Positions 22,602 to 32,255 of a DNA stretch of 53,935 nucleotides are shown here, in pieces. Location: positions 1-53,935 of the forward strand of contig JBKAGE010000009.1 of the NCBI GenBank assembly GCA_046290225.1. The letters run 5' to 3'. Numbering within the stretch: the first letter of the stretch is position 1; the number at the start of each line of letters is the position of its first letter. The translations under genes and the position numbers were made by a program. This DNA comes from Bradymonadia bacterium (GTDB taxonomy: Bacteria; Myxococcota_A; Bradymonadia; UBA7976; UBA1532). The notes under the pieces are model-generated. The model saw only the letters and a program-made list of their open reading frames with translations, was not told the DNA's origin and did not search any database.

Positions 22602-23241
22602 TGCCCACGAAGCCCGGCACCGCACAGAAGGCGACGTAGGTGTTGTCGGGCATCTGAGCGCAACTACAGAAGAAGTCCTGAGGCACCTCTTGCCAGGTCA
22701 GCTGACCCTGAGCATCGTTCCAGCAAATCGCTGATGGATCGGCACCATCGAACTCGCAGCAGCCCTGATCCTGGAAGTCGCAGGCCGTACCGATGGCACA
22801 TGGATCGGAGCTGCCTGCATCGGGGATCTCAGCGTCGGGGATTTCGGCGTCGGGGATCAGGGCGTCTTCGGCGAAAGCGAAGTCCTCCTCGACCTGTGCA
22901 TCCCTGGCAAAGGCTGTATCCGGCGGCTCGAAGGCGTCGGAGATCTCAGCATCGCTGATCATTGCATCGGGGGTGGAGACCTGGGCGTCCTCGACGCCTG
23001 CATCCATCCCGCCGCCAGCGCCGCCACCACCTGCTTCTCCACCGGCACCGCCGATTTCGCCGCCAGCGCCTGCTTCGCCACCGGCACCACCTGCTTCTCC
23101 ACCGGTACCGCCGATTTCGCCGCCAGCGCCGCCGGCGATCATCCCGCCTTCGCCACCGGCCTCTTCCGCAGTGTCGTCACAGCCAAAGCCCGCAAAGAGC
23201 AGGGCGTTTCCGATGATGAGCCCTGTGCGTACCTTCTTCAT
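22516..23241 (-). CDS. Lipoprotein with Gly-rich and PDA repeats and a Cys-rich C-terminal domain
   Basis: FAGFGC lipobox; GGEAGG repeats (DNA duplication ~23027-23070/23087-23130); Cys cluster; RBS GAAGGT. Confidence 0.75.
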   Translation of the reverse strand: MKKVRTGLIIGNALLFAGFGCDDTAEEAGGEGGMIAGGAGGEIGGTGGEAGGAGGEAGAGGEIGGAGGEAGGGGAGGGMDAGVEDAQVSTPDAMISDAEISDAFEPPDTAFARDAQVEEDFAFAEDALIPDAEIPDAEIPDAGSSDPCAIGTACDFQDQGCCEFDGADPSAICWNDAQGQLTWQEVPQDFFCSCAQMPDNTYVAFCAVPGFVGITAASRPRRAPRRLRQLMRAQRDQAAIG

Positions 23242-23291
23242 GGTGCTCTACCTTCTCCCATCCATGCATGGGCATACGTTGACACGGACAA

Positions 23292-24140
23292 TCACTCTGG
23301 AGCAACTGAGAGGTCCTCCACCGCCGTAGAGAGGGGCAGGCCCAAGTGGGCGAACCTTCGGGGTATTCGCACGTTTACGCCGTGCATGTAAGCCGCTTTG
23401 AATGCCTCGGACGGGGGGATGCCGAGCTGCACGAGCTCGGCGGCGAGGGCTGGATCGTCAAAGGCCGCGGCTTCGTCGGGCTCCACCACCGCCCGTTGAC
23501 GCATCTGGCGCTGGTACGCCTCTACGAAGGCTCTTACGACATCATCGCCGGGCCAGGGCAGCCAGTCTTCTGTTTGCCCTGCGCGCATGATCTGCAACAG
23601 CACCTCACCGAGGCGGGCATGCAATGACTCGTCAGCGGCGATGCCGTTCAGCGCCTCGCGAAACGGGCTCGGTGGCAGAGCGCTCACGGCGTGGCCGATG
23701 AGGGCCAGGGCCACACCTTCGCCACATGCCAGGGTGCCGGCGATCATCTGCCATGTCTGGGTGTCCACCGGCTGAGGGCTGCGGGCTTGCTGGAGCTCGT
23801 CGATCTCGAAGGCCACCTCGCCATCGGCACCGAGGGCCCGGGCGCAAGCCATGCACAGGGCGGTGTGCTGCTGCTCCTGCAGCTGCATCATCAGGGCCAG
23901 CTCCTGTACATCCATGGGGGCGTTGAGATCCACGAGCAAGCCGTGGAGCCGTCGAGCCACCATCACCCCGATGTATTCAGCCCGGGCGCGATCGAGCCAG
24001 CCTCGGCGGGCGAGCTCGAGAGCGGCGTCGCTGAACCCCTCGGGCGGATCGATGTGAGGCCGTGGCCGCAGCCAGCGGTTGAGGCCAGAGTCGGCACTCA
24101 CGGGTGAGTCTTCGAGCATCAGGCCCAGGAGATCGTTCAT
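23292..24140 (-). CDS. Ferritin-like (di-iron) domain protein
   Basis: W..R..AEY, QEQQH, ACGEGVA and IAADESLH give an E...ExxH...E...ExxH pattern. Confidence 0.75.
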   Translation of the reverse strand: MNDLLGLMLEDSPVSADSGLNRWLRPRPHIDPPEGFSDAALELARRGWLDRARAEYIGVMVARRLHGLLVDLNAPMDVQELALMMQLQEQQHTALCMACARALGADGEVAFEIDELQQARSPQPVDTQTWQMIAGTLACGEGVALALIGHAVSALPPSPFREALNGIAADESLHARLGEVLLQIMRAGQTEDWLPWPGDDVVRAFVEAYQRQMRQRAVVEPDEAAAFDDPALAAELVQLGIPPSEAFKAAYMHGVNVRIPRRFAHLGLPLSTAVEDLSVAPE

Positions 24141-24168
24141 ACTGCCTCGTCACATGTCACAGGAGTCG

Positions 24169-24939
24169 ATGATGGACGTCGTTCAATATAACCGCACCGC
24201 GTGGGATCGAGAGGCCGAGAAGGGCAACCGCTGGACGCTGCCGGTGACGCCGGAGCAGGTCGCCGAGGCTCGAAACGGGCCGTTGAAGGTGGTGCTCACC
24301 CCGCAAAAACTGGTGCCCGAGACCTGGCTGGGGCCCATCGAGGGCCGCGATGTGCTCGGTCTCGCCTGCGGAGGCGGTCAGCAAATGCCTCTCTTCGCCG
24401 CAGCAGGCGCACGGGTCACCGTCATCGACAACTCGCCGGCCCAGATCGCCCGGGACGCCGAGGTGGCCGAGCGCGAAGGGCTCGAGATCACCACCGCGTT
24501 GGGCGACATGGGTGATCTGAGTCGGTTCCCCGATGCGTCGTTCGATTTGATCTTCCACCCGGTCTCCAACTGCTTTCGGCCTTCGATCCACGAGGTTTGG
24601 CGTGAGGCACATCGCGTGTTGCGCCCTGGGGGCAGGCTGTTGTCGGGTTTTTGCAAGCCGGTGTTGTTCCTGCTCGATCCCGAAGCAGAGAAAGAAGGCC
24701 GCGCTGAGCTGAAGTTCAGCCTGCCCTACTCTGATCTCGACGTGAGTGAGGCGGATCGCATCCGCTGGTTTGGAGATGCACCGCTGTGCTTCGCCCACAG
24801 CCTCGAAGCGCAAATCGGCGGTCAAATCGCCGCGGGGCTGGTCTTGAAAGATCTCTTCGAGGATGCCGCCACAGGTGACGACGTGATGGCGAAGCACATG
24901 CCCGCCTTCATGGCCACCTGGTCACAGAAGCCCGGCTGA
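24169..24939 (+). CDS. Class I SAM-dependent methyltransferase
   Basis: VLGLACGGGQQ, FDLIFHPVS and RVLRPGG motifs; RBS AGGAG. Confidence 0.92.
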   Translation: MMDVVQYNRTAWDREAEKGNRWTLPVTPEQVAEARNGPLKVVLTPQKLVPETWLGPIEGRDVLGLACGGGQQMPLFAAAGARVTVIDNSPAQIARDAEVAEREGLEITTALGDMGDLSRFPDASFDLIFHPVSNCFRPSIHEVWREAHRVLRPGGRLLSGFCKPVLFLLDPEAEKEGRAELKFSLPYSDLDVSEADRIRWFGDAPLCFAHSLEAQIGGQIAAGLVLKDLFEDAATGDDVMAKHMPAFMATWSQKPG

Positions 24940-24960
24940 AGGTTCGGCGCGCTGCCGCGC

Positions 24961-26415
24961 TCAGAGCCCGACGAGGGCCAGCAGCAGCGCCACCCCATAG
25001 CCCGTGCCCCGCTCTTCCCGGGTCGAAGGCCCCGCCATGTCGACGTGCAGCCACGGCCCTTCGTAGCCGGCGCCCATGAGGTGCTCGTACACGAAGAGCC
25101 CCGCGCAGCTGCTCTGAGCGTTCATGCGATCTTTCACGCTGTTCTTCATGTCGGCCACGGGGCTCTTGAATTCTTTGCGGAAGAACTCAGGGGCCCAGGG
25201 CAGGGGGTGCACCAGATCACCGGAGCGTTTGCCGGCGGCGATGGCGCGATCTTCGAGATCGTCGTTGTTGCAGACCACACCTGCGTGCAGCCGCCCCGTG
25301 GAGACCATCTGGGCCCCGGTGAGGGTGGCCACGTCGACGATCTCGTCGGGCATGAGGTGCTGGGCGGCGTAGGCCACGCCGTCGCCGAGCACGAGGCGCC
25401 CCTCGGCGTCGGTGTTGTTCACCTCGACGGTGCGGCCCGAGTACAGGGTGAGCACGTCGTCGGGACGGATCGAGCGGGGGCCCACGGCGTTCTCCGCGAG
25501 GCAGAGCACGGCGTGCAGGCGATCCTTGAAGCCCATGCGCACGGCGGCGCAGAAGGCGGCGAGCACCGCGGCAGAGCCGCCCATGTCCGACTTCATGCCA
25601 GGCATGCCGGTCTTGGGTTTGATGCTCAAGCCGCCGGTATCATAGGTGATGCCCTTGCCCACCCAGCACACCGTGCGCTCCGCCTCAGCAGGGGCGTGGG
25701 TGAGGACCACCAGGGCCGGCGGATGCTCCGCAGCGCGGCCGACCCCCCAGAGGCCACCGAAGCCGCGATCGGCGAGGGCCTGACCACGGATGACCTCGAT
25801 CTCGGCGCCGACGCTGGCGGCGAGCTCCATGGCGAGATCGACATAGGCGTCGGTGTGCAGATCGTCAGGGGGCGTGTCCACGAGGCGAGCGGCCAGCTGT
25901 ACGCCCTCGGCGGCGTGCTGAAGCTGCTTCAGGGTATCGGCGTCGTCGATGGGGCCTTCGGGGCCCAGCAGGCCGATGACGACCTCGCGATCTTCAGCGC
26001 CGTTCTTTCGGGAGTAGGTGGGCCAGATGCGGGCCAGGGCGCAGACGCTGGCGAGGGCATGATCCGCCGAGTCGAGGGCCACGATCACGCCGAGGGGGCC
26101 CTTGCTCGGGGCCTGAGCCACCAGCCGGGTGAGGGCGTGAGGCTTCGCGGGGCTGTTGTGCCGTGAGATCTGCTCCGGCAAGGCCGCCACCAACACCCGC
26201 TCCACGGGCCCGTCGAAGAGCCAGGTCGACGTGGCGGCGCCGCGATCTCCCGGGCTGAGGCTGTCGAGCAGGCGGGGCCATGCCGAGGCCAGCGCTTTGG
26301 GCAGGTAGGGCTGCAGCGCCTCGCTGCGGAGGCTGGGCAGCGTGCCGGCGAGCTGCAGCGCCCTGGCGTCATCGATCACATGGTCGGGGGAAACGAGGCG
26401 GATGGTCGAAGTCAT
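24961..26415 (-). CDS. M17 leucyl aminopeptidase family protein, NPEPL1-like
   Basis: GKGITYDTGG, MKSDMGG and NTDAEGRL motifs; SRHNSP and ADMKNSV.DR.NAQSSCAG segments. Confidence 0.92.
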   Translation of the reverse strand: MTSTIRLVSPDHVIDDARALQLAGTLPSLRSEALQPYLPKALASAWPRLLDSLSPGDRGAATSTWLFDGPVERVLVAALPEQISRHNSPAKPHALTRLVAQAPSKGPLGVIVALDSADHALASVCALARIWPTYSRKNGAEDREVVIGLLGPEGPIDDADTLKQLQHAAEGVQLAARLVDTPPDDLHTDAYVDLAMELAASVGAEIEVIRGQALADRGFGGLWGVGRAAEHPPALVVLTHAPAEAERTVCWVGKGITYDTGGLSIKPKTGMPGMKSDMGGSAAVLAAFCAAVRMGFKDRLHAVLCLAENAVGPRSIRPDDVLTLYSGRTVEVNNTDAEGRLVLGDGVAYAAQHLMPDEIVDVATLTGAQMVSTGRLHAGVVCNNDDLEDRAIAAGKRSGDLVHPLPWAPEFFRKEFKSPVADMKNSVKDRMNAQSSCAGLFVYEHLMGAGYEGPWLHVDMAGPSTREERGTGYGVALLLALVGL

Positions 26416-26571
26416 GGTGAGGCTTTCTCTCGGCGGGCGGCGGGTCACGGGCGTTGCTACGACCTCTAACCCCGCCCCCGCCCCGAATCAACCCTTCGAC
26501 AATGACCGCTCGATGACACCTGTTTGTCACACCGTCGACAAAGAGACTGTGGTGAGCCATCATGCTCTGCC

Positions 26572-28146
26572 ATGACGACATCCCATCATCATTTGTTGTT
26601 GCCCGAGGGCCTGGAAGATCAGGCCGTCCTCACTGCCCTCGCCGGGTTGGACGCTGTGGGCGCCGTGGTGGACGATTTGTCTGCCATCACCGCGAAGCAG
26701 ATCTATCTGGACACCTTCGACTGGCGTCTGCATCGGCGAGATCGCACGCTGCATCTCGAGCCTGATGGTGATGAGGGCCGTCTCGTCTGGTCAGCACGAG
26801 CTTCGGGGCGCGCTCTGGTGTCGATGCCCGCTTCGGGGCAGCCCCCTGTCTGGGGGCCCGATCTCCCCGAGGGCGCCATCCGTCGGGCCGTCGTGCCCAT
26901 GCTCGATGTACGCGCCTTGAGGCCAGTGGTGACCTTCGAAGGTGTGTTCCGACCCGTGCTGCTCTGTGATCCCCTCGGTGAGATCGTGGTGCGGGTGATC
27001 TTCGATCGTCTGCATGCACGCAGCTTGGCAGGTGTGAAGCAGCGTCTCAGGGTCGAAGTGCCTCGAGGCATACGACTCGAGGTGATCCCCGGTGGCGAGG
27101 GGGTGGGCGAGGCGGCCCTCGAAGCCCTCGTGGCCCTCGGGCTCATGCCGTGTGCCTCAGCCCTTGACCGTGCGTACACAGCCATCGGTGTCATCCCTGC
27201 TGGCTGGAGCACGCGGCTCGACTTCCCCCTCGAGCCCACGAGCCGGTCAGATGACGCGGTGAAGCAGATCATGCTGCACCTGCTCAAAGTCATCGAGGTC
27301 AACGGCGTGGGGGTGCAACAGAACATCGACATCAAGTGCCTGCACGATCTGCGGGTGGCGACACGCCGCACCCGCTCGGGCCTGAGCCGGATGAAGGGCG
27401 TGCTCCCCGAGAAGACGGTGCTCTGGGCCAAAGAAGAGTTTGCCTGGTTGCAGCACGTCACTGGCCCGGCGCGAGATCTCGATGTCTTCGCCTGTGAGTT
27501 GCCGCGGATGACCGCAGATCTGCCCCTTGGGCTGCAATCAGGTGTGGCGCCCCTGGCGGCGCTCATCGACGAGCATCGGGTGGCCGAGAACGCCAAGGTG
27601 CACGCCGCGGTGCGATCAGATCGTTTCGCCGAGCTCGTGGCCCGCTGGCGCAAGGCGATGGAGAAGAAGGCGCCCAAGAAGCCCAAAGCACCCGATGCCC
27701 TGACGCCCATCGCCGAGCTGGCGTCGGTCCGTATCTGGAAGATGTACCGTCGAGTGCTCAAAGAGGGCCGGCTCATCACCGTCGACTCTCCAGTGGAGCA
27801 AATGCACGAGCTGCGCAAGACGGTGAAGAAGTTGCGCTACCTCCTGGAGTTCTTCCGTCACCTCTATCCACGGAAACAGATGTCGAAGTGCGTCAAAGCG
27901 CTCAAGCAACTCCAGACGCTGCTCGGCCACCTCAATGATGCTCAGGTGCAGCACGACTTCATGTTGGCGTTGGGTGGATCGCTGAAGAGCAATGGCCAGG
28001 TGCCCCCAGAGTCGCTGATGCTCGCTGGGGTGTTGATGGCCCGCGCCCTCGAGGCCCTTGAGGCGGGCCGGTTGAGATTCCAGGCGCGGTTCGAGGCCTT
28101 CGACACCCCCGAGCACTACGCTCTCTTCGAGGCGCTGTTCCGCTGA
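26572..28146 (+). CDS. CHAD domain protein with N-terminal CYTH-like region
   Basis: YLDTFDWRL; LHDLRVATRRTRS, ARDLDV, HELRKTVKKLRYLLE and LQTLLGHLND CHAD motifs. Confidence 0.9.
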   Translation: MTTSHHHLLLPEGLEDQAVLTALAGLDAVGAVVDDLSAITAKQIYLDTFDWRLHRRDRTLHLEPDGDEGRLVWSARASGRALVSMPASGQPPVWGPDLPEGAIRRAVVPMLDVRALRPVVTFEGVFRPVLLCDPLGEIVVRVIFDRLHARSLAGVKQRLRVEVPRGIRLEVIPGGEGVGEAALEALVALGLMPCASALDRAYTAIGVIPAGWSTRLDFPLEPTSRSDDAVKQIMLHLLKVIEVNGVGVQQNIDIKCLHDLRVATRRTRSGLSRMKGVLPEKTVLWAKEEFAWLQHVTGPARDLDVFACELPRMTADLPLGLQSGVAPLAALIDEHRVAENAKVHAAVRSDRFAELVARWRKAMEKKAPKKPKAPDALTPIAELASVRIWKMYRRVLKEGRLITVDSPVEQMHELRKTVKKLRYLLEFFRHLYPRKQMSKCVKALKQLQTLLGHLNDAQVQHDFMLALGGSLKSNGQVPPESLMLAGVLMARALEALEAGRLRFQARFEAFDTPEHYALFEALFR

Positions 28147-28165
28147 GTGTAGCCATGGGGCGCGC

Positions 28166-28651
28166 TTATTCGCCCGCCTGCTCTGCGGGGGTCCAGGTGT
28201 TGAACGGATGCTTGACGAGCTGAGAGTTGAAGAAGCGCCCGTGGGCGGTGACCTCGACGCCTGCCCACTCGGGCATTTCGAAGGCCTCGTCTTCCGAGGT
28301 CAGCTCGATCTCCGCTATGATCAGCCCGGCGTTGTCGCCGGTGAACTCGTCGATGACCCACTCGTGGTCGCCCACCATGACAGTGTAGCGCTGCTTGTCG
28401 ATGAGAGGCCCTGTGCACAGGGTCTCGAGCATGGCGCGGGCGTCTTCTGGGGGGATGCTGTATTCGAACTCTGCCCGGGTGGCCCCCTGGCTGGGGCCCT
28501 TGATGGTCAGCTTGCCCTTGGGGCCGGCCATGCGCACGCGCACGGTCATGCCGTCCTGGTCGGCGAGGTAGCCCTGAAGGTAGTGTACACCTTCGCTGGT
28601 GCGCCATGTATCGCCACGCACCAGGTATTTACGCTCGATCTCGGTGGCCAT
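28166..28651 (-). CDS. CYTH domain protein (triphosphate tunnel metalloenzyme)
   Basis: EIERKYLV, QGYL, VRVR, LTIKG, EFEY and AEIEL motifs. Confidence 0.93.
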   Translation of the reverse strand: MATEIERKYLVRGDTWRTSEGVHYLQGYLADQDGMTVRVRMAGPKGKLTIKGPSQGATRAEFEYSIPPEDARAMLETLCTGPLIDKQRYTVMVGDHEWVIDEFTGDNAGLIIAEIELTSEDEAFEMPEWAGVEVTAHGRFFNSQLVKHPFNTWTPAEQAGE

Positions 28652-28779
28652 GATGTCCTTTCTGCGGTGGGGCGCCCTGGAGGGCGTTGTCTTGAAACCC
28701 CGCCGCACACGGCGCATGCTTCCGCCCCATACCCAAGTGTGCGGAAGGCTGCGCGATCGTGACTGAGTGGAGGCACAGA

Positions 28780-29598
28780 ATGATCGGCAGGGCGAGCGAT
28801 CTGTTGATCGCGGAGCGGACGGTGATCTTCGCCATCTTGCTCAACGCTCTGACGATGTTCGTTGCCGGGTTCTACTCTGAGGGCTCACCGGCGGCTCGGG
28901 CCCTCGACTTCGTCGACGTGGCCTGCATTGTGTACTTCCTCGTGGAGGCGATCCTCAAGATTCGTCGCTTCACTTTCGCAGGCTACTGGGCCAGTGGGCT
29001 CAACCGCATCGACTTCGCTGTGCTGCTGGTGAGCATGCCGGGCATCGTGGTGCCCATGGCAGAACTGGAAGGGCTGAGCGTGGTGCTCCTGCTGCGCATG
29101 AGCCGCCTGGTGCGCATGGTGCGCCTGCTCCGCTTCGTGCCTGATCTCGATCGCCTGCTCGCGGGGATCCGCCGCGCCTTGCGGGCCTCGGTGGGGGTGT
29201 TCCTGGCCATGTCGGTGCTGCTCTTCATGCTGGGCATGGGGGCGCACCATTTGTTCCGAGACTTTGCCCCGGAGCACTTCGGGGATCCGCTGATCTCCCT
29301 GTATTCGATCTTCAAGGTGCTCACCATCGAGGGCTGGCACGAGATCCCTGATCTGATCGCCTCCCGAGCGGATCATGTGATTTGGGGCACGCTGGCTCGG
29401 GTGTACTTCTCGGTGGCGGTGGCCCTGGTGGGGCTCCTGGGGCTGTCCCTGGCGAACGCGGTCTTCGTCGACGAGATGCTGGCGGACAACCATTCTGATC
29501 TGGAAGCGAAGGTCGACGCGCTGACGGTGGAGATCCGCGCTCTGCGGGCGGATGTGCTCGCTCGAGATGCTTCTGCAGAGGATCAGGCGCAGGGCTGA
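28780..29598 (+). CDS. Prokaryotic voltage-gated cation channel (BacNav/Cav-like)
   Basis: S4 LRMSRLVRMVRLLR; pore filter TIEGW; C-terminal coiled coil. Confidence 0.88.
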   Translation: MIGRASDLLIAERTVIFAILLNALTMFVAGFYSEGSPAARALDFVDVACIVYFLVEAILKIRRFTFAGYWASGLNRIDFAVLLVSMPGIVVPMAELEGLSVVLLLRMSRLVRMVRLLRFVPDLDRLLAGIRRALRASVGVFLAMSVLLFMLGMGAHHLFRDFAPEHFGDPLISLYSIFKVLTIEGWHEIPDLIASRADHVIWGTLARVYFSVAVALVGLLGLSLANAVFVDEMLADNHSDLEAKVDALTVEIRALRADVLARDASAEDQAQG

Positions 29599-29616
29599 GC
29601 ATCTGGCGATTGGCTG

Positions 29617-30136
29617 TGATGCATGTCATGGCTGGGCCCTGGTAGGCAGTCATCGTTGCGCTCTGCCTGCGTAGGCGCCGTGCCTTCGGTCGCCCTGCGG
29701 GCAACCTCGTCTGGCGCGTACACGTTCGGGCATCCGCTTGCGCGGAACCCCTCCGGGTAGGCAGGGTCGCTCAATGCTAACGCATTGTTTGCTCGCTCCC
29801 CTGCGTAAAGAGCTTCTTCTGTCTCTTGTTGCTGATGCCCGCCGGGATTCGACCTACCGCGAACCTGCAAGCCCCTGCGTCTCAACGCTCGGTGTTAGCC
29901 CCAACAGCATTGGAAACAGCACACAGCCACACCAGAACTGGCTTTTTACGCAGGGGAGCGAGCAAACAATGCGTCAGCATTGAGCGACCCTGCCTACCCG
30001 GAGGCCTGCTCGCGCCAGCGAGTGTGCCGACGTGTACGCGACCGACGAGGCGGCCCGAAGGGCTGCCGAAGACCGGGCGCCTACGCAGGCAGAGCGCAGC
30101 GATGACTGCCTACAAAGGCCCAGCCATCACCTTCGC
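29617..30136. repeat. Palindromic intergenic element, family A copy 2 (inverted relative to copy 1)
   Basis: Same nested stems as 12985-13501, with the core in reverse-complement orientation. Confidence 0.92.
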
Positions 30137-30291
30137 CACTGTAAAATAGATTAGATGATGCTATTTATAGCAATTGAGATGCTAAATAAATCTTTTGATG
30201 GGCTGATGATGCCCGTTTTACCTCAAAACGGCTGGCACACCCTCTGCAATACACAGAATGCGAAACAGAGATTCGCTCAAAGGAGCTTGCC

Positions 30292-30933
30292 ATGCGTCGC
30301 CTGTGTACCCTGCTCATCGCCCTCGCCACCTTGATCCCCACCTTCGCCAGCGCATGCTGGTCCGGCATCTACCTGAGCGGTGAGCGACTCACCATCCGCG
30401 TCGCCGAAGACGACCTGCAATGGACCCCCGAGCTCGCTCAGAAGATGGGCGCTTTGCTCATACAAGGGGAAGCCTTGTTACCGCACGGCGTACAGGTCGA
30501 GGTCGATTTTGGTCAGGCCGAGATCTGCGAGGGCCCTGACCATTGCCGCATCCTCGAAGGCGTCACCCTCGACAACCTGCTCAGCCGGCTCGCCCTCGAG
30601 ATGAAGCTGCCTGCCAGGGCCATCAAAGAGGTGCAGGCCATGGAGACGCCTGTCTATGTCGTGCGGATCCCCACCGATGACGTGGCCCACGTCGCTCGGC
30701 AGATCAACGCAGACGACGCCTACCTGCACGGGAACATGGAGGTCGGTGACTTCCCCGGGCTCACAGCCCAGGCCTTGCCGGTGGTGAAAGATGAGATTTG
30801 GGTGGGCACCTTCATCGACAAGTTCGACGCCGAGAAGGCCGCTTGGGCGCTGATCAAGATGGGGCACAGCCCTGTGGTCCATCAGCTCGGTACCCCCTTG
30901 AAGAAGCACCAAGCCGTGAGTCACAAGCGCTGA
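30292..30933 (+). CDS. Secreted hypothetical protein, possible C-terminal SPOR-like motif
   Basis: RBS AAGGAG; signal peptide ending ASA; 'IWVGTFIDKFDAEKAAWAL'. Confidence 0.65.
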   Translation: MRRLCTLLIALATLIPTFASACWSGIYLSGERLTIRVAEDDLQWTPELAQKMGALLIQGEALLPHGVQVEVDFGQAEICEGPDHCRILEGVTLDNLLSRLALEMKLPARAIKEVQAMETPVYVVRIPTDDVAHVARQINADDAYLHGNMEVGDFPGLTAQALPVVKDEIWVGTFIDKFDAEKAAWALIKMGHSPVVHQLGTPLKKHQAVSHKR

Positions 30934-31222
30934 GAGGTCCTAACAAAACAGCTCCCGTCGCCAGGGGCGCAGCGCTGTTGAGTGCAGCCAGACGAAAGTA
31001 CCCCACGGGCAACTCTTCGCTCCGTCGGCTTCGCCTTTGTCGACTTCGAGTTGTCTGGCAAAGCCAGATACCATCGTCTGTCTGCACTCAGCACTTCGCG
31101 AGACATCCAAAACCGTCCTCGACGATGCTTTAAAGGCGCTAGCCGGCATCGCCTGCGGGTGTTCTGGATGTCTCACTCGTACCTCACGCCCCTGGCTCGG
31201 TCCGTCGTTCTGTTAGGACCTC
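30934..31222. mobile_element. MITE-like element with terminal inverted repeats and TGA target duplication
   Basis: Termini GAGGTCCTAACAAAAC / GTTCTGTTAGGACCTC (one mismatch); TGA at 30931-30933 and 31223-31225; long internal stems; no credible ORF. Confidence 0.8.
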
Positions 31223-31238
31223 TGAGTCTCGGCAGGGC

Positions 31239-32255
31239 TCACCAGATGCAGCGACCATCGTGGGACTTGGGCACCCCAGCGCCGGCCCGGGCGCAGTCGT
31301 TGCTGTACGTGCGGCCATCACAGCCGCAGACCGGATCGTAGACCTGGGGGCAGAGCACAGCCTCGTTGGAGACGCACACACCCGCCGCATCCGCGATGCC
31401 ACAGCCCTGCACCTCAGCGTAGCTGCACATCAGCCCCTCGCCGCACACCAGGCCTGCAATGCCTCCGCAGAGATCACCGAGACCCGGCGCGGGGCGATCC
31501 GGCTCCGGGCATGCTTCGTTCGAGACGACGTCGACGCCTGCACCAGCGGCATGGCAGATGTTGCTGTAGGTGTTGCCGTCACAGCCGCAGACCGGGGCGT
31601 AGAGCTGGCTGCAGAGCTCCGGAGAGGGCGTGCAGACACCTGGGCGATCATCAGCGCCGCAGGTGTCGCCTTCCCAGTCACAATAGAAACCCTCAGGGCA
31701 TGCCTCGAGACCACGGCTTCCACAGAGCTGGGGCGCAGGCTCGCACCCTTCACCCACACACGCCGTGGTCAAGGTGTAGGCACCCTCAGTGGGCAGACTG
31801 CGCTGCATGAACTGCCAGGTGCTCGCCAACACGAGGTACGACCCCTCGGCGAGATCGAGATCGAGGCAACTGTCGTACTGACTGGCCACTTTGTCGTCGG
31901 CACAGTCGTCATTGTGCTCGAGATACTGCCAGCCTGCAGGGCCCTGGCTGTAAATCACCATGAAGCTGTCCGCGCCATCGGCCCCTTCTAGGGTCAGGCT
32001 GACACCCTTGGTGCCCTCGGCGGTCAATTGATACAGGTGATAGGGCAGCAAGGTGGAGAGGCTGTGCGTACGGGCCTCGTCGAGGCCGATCTCACCTTGG
32101 TATGCGGTCTCGCCGTCGGCCTTGTTGCTCACGTGAGCCAGGCCGTCGACCTGGGACAGATCTGCTTCACGCTTGGATTCGGTGGCATCCCCACAACCAC
32201 CGATGACCAAAGCACCCAGCACGCACGCGGACAGACGCAGATGTGTACGTCGCAT
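31239..32255 (-). CDS. Lipoprotein with PPC-like domain and two Kazal-type domains
   Basis: VIGGC lipobox; HNDDC; two 'C..(L/V)Y.PVCGCDG.TYSN.C' Kazal motifs. Confidence 0.88.
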   Translation of the reverse strand: MRRTHLRLSACVLGALVIGGCGDATESKREADLSQVDGLAHVSNKADGETAYQGEIGLDEARTHSLSTLLPYHLYQLTAEGTKGVSLTLEGADGADSFMVIYSQGPAGWQYLEHNDDCADDKVASQYDSCLDLDLAEGSYLVLASTWQFMQRSLPTEGAYTLTTACVGEGCEPAPQLCGSRGLEACPEGFYCDWEGDTCGADDRPGVCTPSPELCSQLYAPVCGCDGNTYSNICHAAGAGVDVVSNEACPEPDRPAPGLGDLCGGIAGLVCGEGLMCSYAEVQGCGIADAAGVCVSNEAVLCPQVYDPVCGCDGRTYSNDCARAGAGVPKSHDGRCIW

